Source: Planctomycetota bacterium (GTDB lineage: Bacteria > Planctomycetota > UBA11346). Taken from it: DNA of 64,000 nucleotides. Position numbers and translations under genes: made by a program. Location of the stretch: contig JBBRLJ010000004.1 of NCBI GenBank assembly GCA_038231435.1, forward strand, positions 1 through 64,000. Reading direction: 5' to 3'. Below are positions 1-9,339 of the stretch, one piece after another; position 1 is the first letter of the stretch, and each line of letters starts with the position of its first letter. Below the pieces are notes generated by a model. The model saw only the letters and a program-made list of their open reading frames with translations. It was not told where the DNA came from and did not search any database.

Positions 1-75
1 CACGGCCTCCAGCTTGAACTCCTTGGTGTATTGCCTCCGGGTCTGCCTTCCTGCCTTCTCCTTAAAGCTGCTCAT
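1..75 (-). CDS. IS3-family transposase OrfA, N-terminus (partial)
   Basis: ATG at 75 after AGGGGAGAAGAAGGC. It translates to MSSFKEKAGRQTRRQYTKEFKLEAV, the typical RRxYxxEFKxEAV start of the HTH_Tnp_1 domain. Confidence 0.85.
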   Translation of the reverse strand, partial: MSSFKEKAGRQTRRQYTKEFKLEAV

Positions 76-141
76 GCCTTCTTCTCCCCTGCGACATCGT
101 CTGTCGCTTATCTGGGAGTCCACCAAAGCGGGGGAAGATCA
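1..141 (-). mobile_element. IS3-family insertion sequence, left end (element continues beyond the window start)
   Basis: The minus strand from 141 reads TGATCTTCCCCCGCTTTGGTGGACTCCCAGATAAG, which resembles the IS3 terminal IR (TG start, TGATCTT...GTGGAC). An RBS and an orfA-type start follow it. Confidence 0.85.
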
Positions 142-596
142 ACTGGCCGGTGATCGGCGCGGCGGTGATCGCGCCGAATGTGCTGCACCACGCCAAGCCG
201 CGCGCGTTCCTCGAGAACTCGTGGTGGAAGGCGTCGGACTGGCAGGTGATCGCTGGCGGCATGCTGCTCGCAGTCGCCTGGATCGGTGGCTGGTTCTGCC
301 TCGAGCTGCTCTTGGTGGTGGTGCTGGCGGTGAATGCCAACGAGATCCACCGCTGGGCACACCGAACCCGCGACGAGAACGGGCGCCTCATCTCCTTCCT
401 GCAATCGTGTCGGCTCATCCAGAGCCGGGCCCATCACGGGCGGCACCATGGCGGCAAGCGCAACACCGCCTACTGCGCGATCACCGCCTGGGTCGATCCC
501 ATGTTCGATGCGGTGCGCCTGTGGCGGGGTCTGGAATGGCTGGTGTGGCGGATGACGGGCGCGGTGCCGCGCCTGGATCCGGGGGTCCGGGGGTGA
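142..596 (+). pseudogene. CarF/TMEM189-family fatty-acid desaturase, 3' fragment truncated by IS3
   Basis: The frame begins WPVIGAAVIAPNVLHH right at the IS end. His boxes NEIHRWAH and HHGRHH plus YCAITxWxDP are present. The N-terminus with the first His motif is missing. Confidence 0.75.
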
Positions 597-610
597 AAGC
601 GAGGTGATCC

Positions 611-648
611 CGGAAGCCCGAAGATGGAAGATGGAAGAGATGAAGAAG
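611..648. repeat. Degenerate GGAAGAT-type heptamer tandem repeat between convergent genes
   Basis: cggaagcccgaagatggaagatggaagagatgaagaag. Confidence 0.55.
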
Positions 649-672
649 CAGCGGGAAAGAGTGAGCGCGATC

Positions 673-1524
673 TCACTTCAGCGATTCCAGGACGCGGGCG
701 AAGGCGCCTATGTCCGCGACGGTGAGGTCGGCCCATGGGGATGCGGTGGCGGCGAGTCCCGTGAGGACGAGCACGCCGAAGAGCCCGTGGTCGCGCGCTC
801 CGCGGATGTCGGTGTCGGGATTGTCGCCGATCATCGCGGTGCGTACCGCGGGCACCCCGAGCCGCGTCAGCGCATGGTCGTAGCACGGCTTCGCAGGCTT
901 GCCGATCACCGTGGGCTCGCGCCCTGAGAGCCGCGAGAGCATGTCGACGTAGGCGCCGGCCTCGAGCCGGAGGCCATCGTCGCCATTGACGGTGAGATCG
1001 GGATTGGTCGCGACGAACGCGGCGCTGCCGTGCAGCGCGTTGAGCGCGGCGCCAAGCAGGTCGTGATCCATGGTCAGCCGGCAGCCCACGACCACCACGG
1101 AGGCGCGTCGCCAATCGGCTGCCCGGACGATCTCGAAGCCGGCGTGGGCGAGGCGCGCGCGGACGTGATCCTCTGCCAGCACCAGCAGCGCTGCGCCCGC
1201 GTGCCGATCCAGCAGCCAGCGTTCGACGATCTCGGTCACGATGATGATGTCGCCGACGGGGATATCGAAGCCCATGCGGCGGAGGTCCGCCGCTAACGGC
1301 TCCGCCTGCTTGGTCGAATTGTTGGTGAGCATCAGCACCGGTCCGCGCGCGCGCAGGGCGCGCAGCGCGTCCGCCGCGCCGGGCACGGGCACCGCTCCCC
1401 GGTATATGACGCCGTCCATGTCGACGAGGAAGCCCTTCACCGCGCGCAGGCGGCGCGCCGTGTCCTCGTCCTTGCGGATGGCATCCCTGCCGTGGGCGTC
1501 GTGGTCAGCGGACAACGAACGCAT
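673..1524 (-). CDS. HAD-superfamily subfamily IIA hydrolase (NagD-like phosphatase)
   Basis: Motifs DMDGVIYRG, LTNNS, ATNPD, IGKP, MIGDNPDTDI. Start is ATG 1524 or TTG 1515, overlapping the sulfatase stop. Confidence 0.9.
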   Translation of the reverse strand: MRSLSADHDAHGRDAIRKDEDTARRLRAVKGFLVDMDGVIYRGAVPVPGAADALRALRARGPVLMLTNNSTKQAEPLAADLRRMGFDIPVGDIIIVTEIVERWLLDRHAGAALLVLAEDHVRARLAHAGFEIVRAADWRRASVVVVGCRLTMDHDLLGAALNALHGSAAFVATNPDLTVNGDDGLRLEAGAYVDMLSRLSGREPTVIGKPAKPCYDHALTRLGVPAVRTAMIGDNPDTDIRGARDHGLFGVLVLTGLAATASPWADLTVADIGAFARVLESLK

Positions 1525-2902
1525 CCGTTCCGGAGCGGATGACGTCGACGAGCTCGTCGCGCAGCTCCTTCCGCTCCCGCGGTGAGTCCTCGGCGATGTT
1601 GCGCAGCTCGAGCGGATCAGCCTCCATGTCGTAGAGCTCGTCAACACCGGCCTTCGAGTACATGGTGTATTTCCAGCGGCCACGGCGCAGCATCCGCGCC
1701 GATCTGGCATCTTCGTCGCGACCGTCGCCGTGCTGGCCGAACGCGCGGGCGTTCGCGCGCCGTCGGCCAGCAAACACGTCGGACCAGCTCGAGCCATCCA
1801 CCGGGGCATGGCCGATACCGAGCAGCTCGAGCACCGTCGGGAAGAAGTCCGCCGAGGAGACGATATCGGGAATGGTCTTCGCTTCGCGTTGACCAGGCAG
1901 CTTGACCAACACCGGGATGCGCGAGATCTCATCGATCATGAACGATCCGCCCTTGTACATCCAACCGTGCGCGCCGTGGGTGGTGCCGTGGTCGGTCATG
2001 AACACGACCAGCGCGTCGTCATAGAGCCCGCGCGTCTTCAGGCGATCGATGATGCGGCCGAACTGCTGGTCAACGAAGCTCATGCATCCGCCATACGCCG
2101 CCCAGATGCGCCGCAGCAGCGCCTCGCCGCCCGGCTCGCGCAGGAAGGGCGCATCATTGCCCGACGTCCGCTGGTGAATCGGCCGGGTCGAACGCGGGTC
2201 GCGCAGGTTGCCCGGCAGCACGACCTCATCGGGACCGTACATGCCGTCGAATGGGGCTGGCGGTGCCCACGGCTCGTGCGGGAACCACGACGACACCCAC
2301 AGCAGGTTGGGTCGCTCGGCGCTGAAATCATCGACGGACGCGACGGCGGTATCGGTCAGGCGCGTGGTCGGATGGAGCTCGAGCGGGATGTCGGTGCGTC
2401 CGGCGTGATCGTGGAAATCCACCAGGCGATCCCACATCTCGATCATGCCCATGCGTTCCACGTGCCGCCGCCATTCCTCGCGATCCTCGTCCTGCTTTTC
2501 CCACGAGCCGCGGCCGCTCGCGAAGGCGAAATCGGAGTCCCAGTCGATCCACGACCAATCCTGGAGACCGTCGCGATCGAAACCGCGCCACGAGTGGAAC
2601 AAGCCGAGATACCCGCCGCGATAACCGTTCGTCGCGAGGTGCTTCAGCAGCGTCGGATGCCGGCGATCATAGTCGCCGTTGTTCAGGTATATCTGGGTGC
2701 TCGATGGGTAGTGGCCGGTGAGCCAGGTGGTACGGCTGGGCTGGCACATGTTCGCGGGCTGGTACAGCCGCTCGAAGCGATGCGACCGCGTAGCCAGCGC
2801 ATCAATGTTCGGCGTGCGCACGAACGAGCCGTAGCAGCCCAGGGCGTCGCGCGTCACCGTATCGGCCATCAGCACGACGATATCCGGATGCTTCTTCGCC
2901 AT
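1505..2902 (-). CDS. Cys-type (formylglycine-dependent) sulfatase family protein, cytoplasmic
   Basis: CQPSR (CxPxR) signature, MAD, TPNID, PHEP, TDHG, ELYD..DPLE. No signal peptide. Confidence 0.9.
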   Translation of the reverse strand: MAKKHPDIVVLMADTVTRDALGCYGSFVRTPNIDALATRSHRFERLYQPANMCQPSRTTWLTGHYPSSTQIYLNNGDYDRRHPTLLKHLATNGYRGGYLGLFHSWRGFDRDGLQDWSWIDWDSDFAFASGRGSWEKQDEDREEWRRHVERMGMIEMWDRLVDFHDHAGRTDIPLELHPTTRLTDTAVASVDDFSAERPNLLWVSSWFPHEPWAPPAPFDGMYGPDEVVLPGNLRDPRSTRPIHQRTSGNDAPFLREPGGEALLRRIWAAYGGCMSFVDQQFGRIIDRLKTRGLYDDALVVFMTDHGTTHGAHGWMYKGGSFMIDEISRIPVLVKLPGQREAKTIPDIVSSADFFPTVLELLGIGHAPVDGSSWSDVFAGRRRANARAFGQHGDGRDEDARSARMLRRGRWKYTMYSKAGVDELYDMEADPLELRNIAEDSPRERKELRDELVDVIRSGTDAFVVR

Positions 2903-2964
2903 GCCACAGAGTCAGCTGGCGAGCGGTGATTGCAATCCACCGTAGAACCCGGTGGACCCCGCGC

Positions 2965-5900
2965 TCAGGAGACGGGAGGATGGCGCTGCGCGCGCTCGAG
3001 GGCCTCGAGCTCGCGCGCTATCGCGCCCACCGGCTTGGTGAAGCGCGCGACGTAGGCGTAGAGCACGGGGATGATGAACAGCGTCATCACGGTGCCGAGC
3101 GCCAAACCGAAGATGATGACCGTGCCGATGGCCCGGCGCCCTTCCGAGCCCGCGCCAAAGGCGATGTAGAGCGGTATCGCGCCGGCGATGGTCGCGATCG
3201 AAGTCATCAGGATGGGCCTCAGGCGCACGCTCGCCGCATGCAGGATCGCGGGCATGATCTCTTCGCCGCGATCGCGCAGCTGATTGGCGAACTCGACCAT
3301 CAGGATGCCGTTCTTCGCCACCAGGCCGATGAGCATGATCAAGCCGATCTGGCTGTAGACGTTCAGCGATTGTCCGGTCACCCACAGTCCGAGCAGGCCA
3401 CCGGCGGCCGCGAGCGGCACGCCGGTCATGATGATGAGCGGATGCACCCAGCTCTCGAACTGCGCCGCGAGCACCAGGAAGACGATCAGGCCGGCCATGC
3501 CGAAGATCAGCAGCTGCATCGGGATCTGCTTGCCGCCGATCGACGCTGTGTTCGCGACCGCGTCCTTGTATTCCTTGGCCTGGCCCACGTAGGCGACGTG
3601 CGCGGTCGGCGGCAACTCCTTATCGATCAGCTGCTCGAACCAGGTCAGGGCCTGCCCCATGCTGAATCCGTTGAGCGTGCCCGAGATGGTCACCGCCGGC
3701 CGGCGGTCGATGCGCCGCAGCTCCTTCGGTGCTCCGGTCTCGCGCGCGCTGACCACCGTCGACAACGGCACAAGCTTGCCCTCGGACCGCGAATGCACGT
3801 AGATGGAGCCGATGTCCCCCGAACTGCGGCGGTCGGCGGACGGCGCCTGCAATACGACGTCGTACTGCTCGCCGCGATCCTGGTAGGTCGTCACCTTGAG
3901 CTCGCCAAGCAGCGCGCCCAGGGCATTGCCGATGTCCGAAGCGCTGATTCCCAGCTGGGACGCGCGCACGCGATCGACCGAGACCTCGAGCTGGGGCCGG
4001 GTGAGATCGATGTCGTCGCGCAGGTTCAGGAAATGCTCATCCTGCCTGGCCTTGCCGAGCACGGTCCGACTCCAGGCCTGCACGGTGGCATAATCCTCGC
4101 CCTCGAGCACCAGGCTGAAGCTCTGCCCGAAGTCGCGGATGCCGAAGCTGGGACGGTTGATGGCGAAGGCGCGCGCTCCAGGCAGGCCGAAAAGCGGCCC
4201 GCGCAGCTTGGTCACCAGCTCCATCTGCGACATGGTGCGCTGATCCCACGGCTTCAGGCGCGCGATGATGAACGCGGAATTCACCGTGCCCGGAGCGCCG
4301 AAGGATGGCAGGATGCTCAGCACCGTCTGCACCGGCCCGCCATGGCTCTCGTCATACGGTTCGAGGATGTCCCGAACCTGTTCGACCACCCTCAGGGTCG
4401 CATCCATGGTCGAGCCCTGGGGCGCCTCGAGCGGGATGATGACGTAACCCGAATCCTCGGTCGGCGCGAGCTCCTGCGGAGTGTGCTTGTAGAGCGCCAC
4501 CGCCATCCACACCACCAGCGCTCCGATCACGATCACCACTGGACGGACACTCAGGGCGTTGCCGAGCAGCCAGGCGTAGCCGGCCTCCAAGGCGTCGAGA
4601 CCGCTGCTGAGCATGCGTTGGAGGATGTTCGGGCGGTCGGTCCGGCGCAGGATCTTCGAGCACAGCATCGGCGTCCAGGTCAGCGCTACGAACGACGAGA
4701 AGGTCACCGTGGCGGCCAGGGTGATGCCGAATTCGCGCTGCAGCCGCCCGACCGTGCCGCTCTGGAACGAGATCGGCACGAACACCGCGATCAGCACCGT
4801 GGTGGTCGCGATCACCGCGAAGCCGACCTCGCGGGTGCCGGTGATTCCCGCCAGCAGGCGCGGCTCGCCGTGCTCGAAGCGGCGGAAGATGTTTTCGAGC
4901 ACCACGATGGCGTCATCGACGACCAAGCCGATCGCCAGCACCATCGCCAGCAGGGTGAGCACGTTGATCGAGAACCCAAGCGCCGACATCACGATCGCCG
5001 ACGCGAGCAGCGACACCGGGATCGCCAGCACCGGGATCAGGGTCGCCGTCCAGGAGCGCAAGAACACCAGGATGACCACCACCACCAGGCCGATGGCGAT
5101 CAGCAGCGTGTGCACGACCTCGTTGATCGAAGCCCTGATGAAGACCGATTCGTCATATGGAAAGGCGAGCGTCAGGTCGGGAGGCAGGGTCGGCTTCATC
5201 TTCTCAATCGCGGCCTTGACCCCGACGGCGACATCGAGCGCGTTGGCCGTCGACTGCTTGATCACGCCCAAACCGATGGTCGGCTTGCCGCCGATGAACA
5301 GGCCGGTGCGGTAATTGGCGGCCCCCTGTTCGACGCGGGCGATGTCCCCCAGCAAGATCCGGCCGGAGCCCGGATCGTCGCGGATGACCAGCGCACTGAA
5401 CTCCTCGGGAGTCGACAGGCGCGTGGTGGTGCGCACCGACATCTCGCGGTCCATGGATTCGAGCCTGCCGGATGGCAGCTCGACGTTCTCGGCGTTGAGG
5501 CGGTTCACCACGTCCGTCGGCGATATCCCGCGCGCAGCCATGGACCGGGGATTGAGCCAGACGCGCATGGCGTAGCGACGCTCGCCGCCGATCTGGATCC
5601 GCGACACGCCCGTCACCACCGACAACGTATCGATCATGTTGCGTCGAGCGAAATCGGTCATCTGTAATCCGTCGCGGGTCGAACTCTGCAGCGCGATCCA
5701 CATCATCGGGCTCGAGCTGGACGACGCCTTGGTCACCTGCGGATCGTCGATGCCTGTGGGCAGCTGCTTGCGGATGCGTCCGAGCTGATCGCGGACGTCC
5801 GCGGCCGCGAACTCGATCTGGCGCTCGATGGTGAACTCAACGTCGATGCGCGAGTTCTCGTCGTTGGACACGGTGGTGATGGTGCGCACACCCTCGATGC

Positions 5901-6117
5901 CGCTGATGGCCTCCTCGATGCGCTTCGAGACGTCGGTCTCCATGACCGCCGCGGACGCTCCCGCGAAGGTGGTGCTGATCGACACCACGGGCAGATCGAT
6001 GTCCGGATACTGGCGCACCGGCAGGCGCAGCATCGCGCCGAGCCCGAGCACGATCAGCAGCAGGTTCGCCACGGTGGCGAGTACCGGTCGCTTGATGGCG
6101 ATGTCGCTCAGGAACAC
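2965..6117 (-). CDS. RND efflux transporter permease subunit (AcrB/MdtB family)
   Basis: Starts (GTG) FLSDIAIKRPV. Proton-relay motifs GLVVDDAIVVLEN and KNGIL, plus RLRPILMT. About 1050 aa. Confidence 0.95.
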   Translation of the reverse strand: MFLSDIAIKRPVLATVANLLLIVLGLGAMLRLPVRQYPDIDLPVVSISTTFAGASAAVMETDVSKRIEEAISGIEGVRTITTVSNDENSRIDVEFTIERQIEFAAADVRDQLGRIRKQLPTGIDDPQVTKASSSSSPMMWIALQSSTRDGLQMTDFARRNMIDTLSVVTGVSRIQIGGERRYAMRVWLNPRSMAARGISPTDVVNRLNAENVELPSGRLESMDREMSVRTTTRLSTPEEFSALVIRDDPGSGRILLGDIARVEQGAANYRTGLFIGGKPTIGLGVIKQSTANALDVAVGVKAAIEKMKPTLPPDLTLAFPYDESVFIRASINEVVHTLLIAIGLVVVVILVFLRSWTATLIPVLAIPVSLLASAIVMSALGFSINVLTLLAMVLAIGLVVDDAIVVLENIFRRFEHGEPRLLAGITGTREVGFAVIATTTVLIAVFVPISFQSGTVGRLQREFGITLAATVTFSSFVALTWTPMLCSKILRRTDRPNILQRMLSSGLDALEAGYAWLLGNALSVRPVVIVIGALVVWMAVALYKHTPQELAPTEDSGYVIIPLEAPQGSTMDATLRVVEQVRDILEPYDESHGGPVQTVLSILPSFGAPGTVNSAFIIARLKPWDQRTMSQMELVTKLRGPLFGLPGARAFAINRPSFGIRDFGQSFSLVLEGEDYATVQAWSRTVLGKARQDEHFLNLRDDIDLTRPQLEVSVDRVRASQLGISASDIGNALGALLGELKVTTYQDRGEQYDVVLQAPSADRRSSGDIGSIYVHSRSEGKLVPLSTVVSARETGAPKELRRIDRRPAVTISGTLNGFSMGQALTWFEQLIDKELPPTAHVAYVGQAKEYKDAVANTASIGGKQIPMQLLIFGMAGLIVFLVLAAQFESWVHPLIIMTGVPLAAAGGLLGLWVTGQSLNVYSQIGLIMLIGLVAKNGILMVEFANQLRDRGEEIMPAILHAASVRLRPILMTSIATIAGAIPLYIAFGAGSEGRRAIGTVIIFGLALGTVMTLFIIPVLYAYVARFTKPVGAIARELEALERAQRHPPVS

Positions 6118-6121
6118 GGCG

Positions 6122-7261
6122 TCACTTCCCCACGCCTGCCGCCGGGGCGGCAGGCGTGGCATCCGCGGACTTGGCGCCTGCCGGCTTCGCCGCGGATTCC
6201 GGTCCGCGCTGCACGACCGCCATGCCGTCGCGCAGGTTCTGTACGCCCTGGACGACCACCATCGAGCCGCCGTCGAGCCCGGAGCGGATCTGGACGCGGG
6301 CGTTGGCGCGCGCTCCGGTGGTCACCACCATGCGTTTCGCGGTCGGATGTCCGTCGCTGTCGACGACCGCGAAGACCGCCGCTTGATCGCCTTGCAGCAG
6401 CAATGCGGCCTCGGGGATGGTGATCGCCCCCTCGATCCGCTCGACGACCAACTCGACATCGAGCGAGATGCCGGGCTTGAGCGCCTCATCGGGATTGGGC
6501 ACCAGCGCCTGCACCGCGATGGTGTGGGTTGCCGGGTCGACCGCCGAGTCGATGGCGGTGACCTCGCCGGTGAAGACGCGGTCCTTGAATGCAGGGGCAT
6601 GCGCATGCACCTGGAGGCCGGGCTTCAGCCGCGGCAGCTGCGATTCGGGTACCGAGAATGTCAGCTTCATCGGCGTCACCCGCGTGAGCGTGGTGATCAC
6701 CGTGCCCGGCGCCGCGAACGCGCCTACGCTGACCCGTCTCAGGCCCAGCCTGCCGGCGAACGGTGCGAAGACGCGACGGTCGTCGAAGCGGGCCTGGGCC
6801 ACGCCGACCTGGGCCTCGGCGATGGCGAGCCTGGCGCGCAGATCATCGATCTGGTTGGCATTGACGATGCCGCTACTGACCAACGGCTCGGAACGCTTGA
6901 GCTCGAGCGCGGCGTTGTCGCGAACCGCCGCGGCCTCGCGCAGCGAGGCCTGGGTCTCGGCGTTGTCGAGTTCGGCGAGCAGCGCGCCCTGGCCGACCAT
7001 CTGCCCATCCTCGACATGGAGGACGCTGATGATGCCCGCGACCTTCACCGTCAATGCCACCGAATCGACGGCCACCACCTGGCCGATCGAGAACACCGCT
7101 TCGTCGAGCGGCGCCACGTAGGCCGGCGAGACCTCGACCACCACGGCGGGCGCGGGAGGCGGCGTCGGCTTGGCGTCGCTCTTCCCGCAGCCGATGAACC
7201 CGAGCGCCGGCAGTATGATCGCTACCGATCCGTGCGTGATCATCCGTTGGAATCGCATCAT
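6122..7261 (-). CDS. RND periplasmic adaptor (membrane fusion protein), probable lipoprotein
   Basis: AGGAG RBS before ATG 7261, lipobox-like FIGC, lipoyl/hairpin motifs (APFAGRLG, IDSAVDPAT). Adjacent to the RND permease. Confidence 0.92.
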   Translation of the reverse strand: MMRFQRMITHGSVAIILPALGFIGCGKSDAKPTPPPAPAVVVEVSPAYVAPLDEAVFSIGQVVAVDSVALTVKVAGIISVLHVEDGQMVGQGALLAELDNAETQASLREAAAVRDNAALELKRSEPLVSSGIVNANQIDDLRARLAIAEAQVGVAQARFDDRRVFAPFAGRLGLRRVSVGAFAAPGTVITTLTRVTPMKLTFSVPESQLPRLKPGLQVHAHAPAFKDRVFTGEVTAIDSAVDPATHTIAVQALVPNPDEALKPGISLDVELVVERIEGAITIPEAALLLQGDQAAVFAVVDSDGHPTAKRMVVTTGARANARVQIRSGLDGGSMVVVQGVQNLRDGMAVVQRGPESAAKPAGAKSADATPAAPAAGVGK

Positions 7262-7509
7262 CCCGCTCCTTGGCCCCTCGAGGAGGGAACCCGTACTCTG
7301 CCCTTCCGATCTGGTCCACAACCGGCGACTTTTTCAAACGGCTCGGAGGGATCCCGAGTCGGAATCGAGGATCCCGGTCGGCCTTGCACAAGGTACCCCC
7401 GACAACCCGTCAACCCGTGCGATCCGCGGTTACAATGACGCTTCGTGGAATGGCCACGTGCATGCACGCATCCATAACAACCGAAGAATGAACCCGACAG
7501 GAGCCAATC

Positions 7510-8499
7510 ATGAGTACGCAAAGTTCTAAAATGAAGGTCCCGGCCCATCCCGAAAACCACGATGCCAATCGCGATCCAATCACCGGGGCCCCAGGCGCGC
7601 ATCCAGTCGGCAGTGGCGTCGGCGCGGCCGGCGGCGCGGCGGGTGGAGCCGCCGTGGGCGGCGCGGTGGGCGGGCCCGTGGGCGCAGTCGTCGGCGCGGT
7701 GGTCGGCGGTGTCGCTGGTGGACTCGCGGGCAAGGGCGTTGCCGAATCGGTGAACCCCACCGCCGAGGAGGCCTACTGGAAGGAGAACTACTCCAAGAGC
7801 CATTCATACCAGAACGGCCGCCCCTACACCGATTACCAACCCGCGTACCGCACCGGCTACATGGGTTACGGCCGCTACGGCGCGGGCAGCAAGAAATTCG
7901 AGGATGTCGAGCCTCAGCTGCGCGGTGAGTACGAGAGCAGCCGCGGCCAGTCGTCGCTGGGCTGGGACCAGGCGAGAGGCTCGGCGCGCGAAGCCTGGGA
8001 TCGCGTCCAGGGAGGCGCCACGGTGGCCGGCTCGGGTGTCGGATCCGCGGCGAATGCGCGGGCGAACATGTCGTCCAAGTCCCTAGCGATGTTGAACTCG
8101 TTCCTGCGCGGTGAGCTCTCCGCGGTGGGCACCTACAAGCAGGCGCTCTCGCGCTTGAGCTCCAGCGTGCACGCCCAGAAACTGACCGACGCGTTGAACT
8201 CCCACATGCGCAGGGTCGAAGCGCTGAAACAGCACATCCGCCAGGATGGCGGCGATCCGTCGGACAGTTCGGGCGTGTGGGGTGCGTTCGCCAAGCTCTA
8301 TGAAGGCGGGGCGGCGATGTTCGGCGAGAAGGCCGCCATCAACGCGCTCGAAAGCGGCGAGGACCACGGCATCGACGACTTCAAACGCGGCCTGCACAAG
8401 CTGGCTCCGATGTGCCTCGAGTTCATGCAGCGCGAGATCCTGCCCGAGCAGGAACGCACGCATCGCATGATCGCGGATCTCAAGCATTCACTCGCTTGA
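7510..8499 (+). CDS. Glycine-zipper protein fused to a C-terminal DUF2383-like ferritin-fold domain
   Basis: N-terminal NRDPITGAPGAHPVG followed by a glycine zipper and EEAYW...PAYR..Y. C-terminal LNSFLRGELSAVGTY...H..RV..L...GG.P..SSGVWG...LE.GEDHG..D. AGGAG RBS. Confidence 0.75.
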   Translation: MSTQSSKMKVPAHPENHDANRDPITGAPGAHPVGSGVGAAGGAAGGAAVGGAVGGPVGAVVGAVVGGVAGGLAGKGVAESVNPTAEEAYWKENYSKSHSYQNGRPYTDYQPAYRTGYMGYGRYGAGSKKFEDVEPQLRGEYESSRGQSSLGWDQARGSAREAWDRVQGGATVAGSGVGSAANARANMSSKSLAMLNSFLRGELSAVGTYKQALSRLSSSVHAQKLTDALNSHMRRVEALKQHIRQDGGDPSDSSGVWGAFAKLYEGGAAMFGEKAAINALESGEDHGIDDFKRGLHKLAPMCLEFMQREILPEQERTHRMIADLKHSLA

Positions 8500-8580
8500 C
8501 GTCCGCTGAAGTCCGCTGGGTGACGCTGGATGACGCTGATCCAGACATCCCCCAGCGAGAGTCTTCTGGCACTCGATGTC

Positions 8581-8613
8581 GATGAGGCCCCCTCCCCTGG
8601 AGGGGGCCTCATC
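8581..8613. terminator. Perfect 15-bp hairpin (terminator or mRNA-stabilising stem)
   Basis: GATGAGGCCCCCTCC-CCT-GGAGGGGGCCTCATC downstream of 7510..8499. No U-tract. Confidence 0.55.
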
Positions 8614-8850
8614 CGTTGGTGATAGCACCGTGGTGACGTCAATACGTGTGACAGATGGACAAATGCAGCATTCACCCGGCGCTCAGCCACGCCGCCGTTG
8701 CAACTTGCAGCAATTCCTTGGTGCTGTGTAAGCATCCACCGGCGCGACATGGAAGCCCAGCTCCCGTCGACCACAGTGAGCTGTCAGACCTCGAGTGGAC
8801 TCGAGCCGAGCATGCATCACCTACCTCGTAATTGGACATTGGAGTCACCG

Positions 8851-9228
8851 ATGAGCGACCACGCAGAATCCGCAGCCCTCCGCCAAGCCATCCTGAGCGC
8901 GCTGGCGCAGACCGGCGCCGAGCAGGATCTGGCTTCGATCCATACCCTCCTCAATCGTCCGCAGAAGGACATCACGCTGCTGCCCGTCGTCGGCAGCCTG
9001 GTCACCGGGGGTTACCTTGAGAAGGTGACCTCGAAGACCTCCCCCTACCCCAACGCCCCGGTCGGTTCGTCGCCCCGCCAACGCAGCGGCCAGCCGTCTC
9101 CAGTGCGTTTCCGCCTGACCGAACAGGGCCGCGAGTTGTTGAAGAACTCGGCCGCGAGCGCCTTCCAGACCCAGGCAAGCTCGATCGATGGCGCCGAGGC
9201 CGGCGACGACGATGAGCGCGGCGAATAA
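8851..9228 (+). CDS. Hypothetical protein, possibly winged-helix (MarR/PadR-like)
   Basis: GGAG RBS then ATG 8851. AILSALA...LVTGGYLEK...FRLTEQGRELL resembles the wing and C-terminal helix of a wHTH domain. Confidence 0.55.
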   Translation: MSDHAESAALRQAILSALAQTGAEQDLASIHTLLNRPQKDITLLPVVGSLVTGGYLEKVTSKTSPYPNAPVGSSPRQRSGQPSPVRFRLTEQGRELLKNSAASAFQTQASSIDGAEAGDDDERGE

Positions 9229-9339
9229 CCCGCGCACGCCTCCACGGATGGCCTCTATCTGACGTCTGAGCTGAAGGCTCGGGCACACGGAGAGCCGTGA
9301 GCGCTTTGTCGCGCCAGCCGATGGCGTATAACCGCCGCG

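Noticed and set aside
2926..5667. 913-aa plus-strand ORF
   Set aside because: Antisense shadow of the RND permease. Long shadow ORFs are expected in high-GC DNA, and it has no recognisable motifs.
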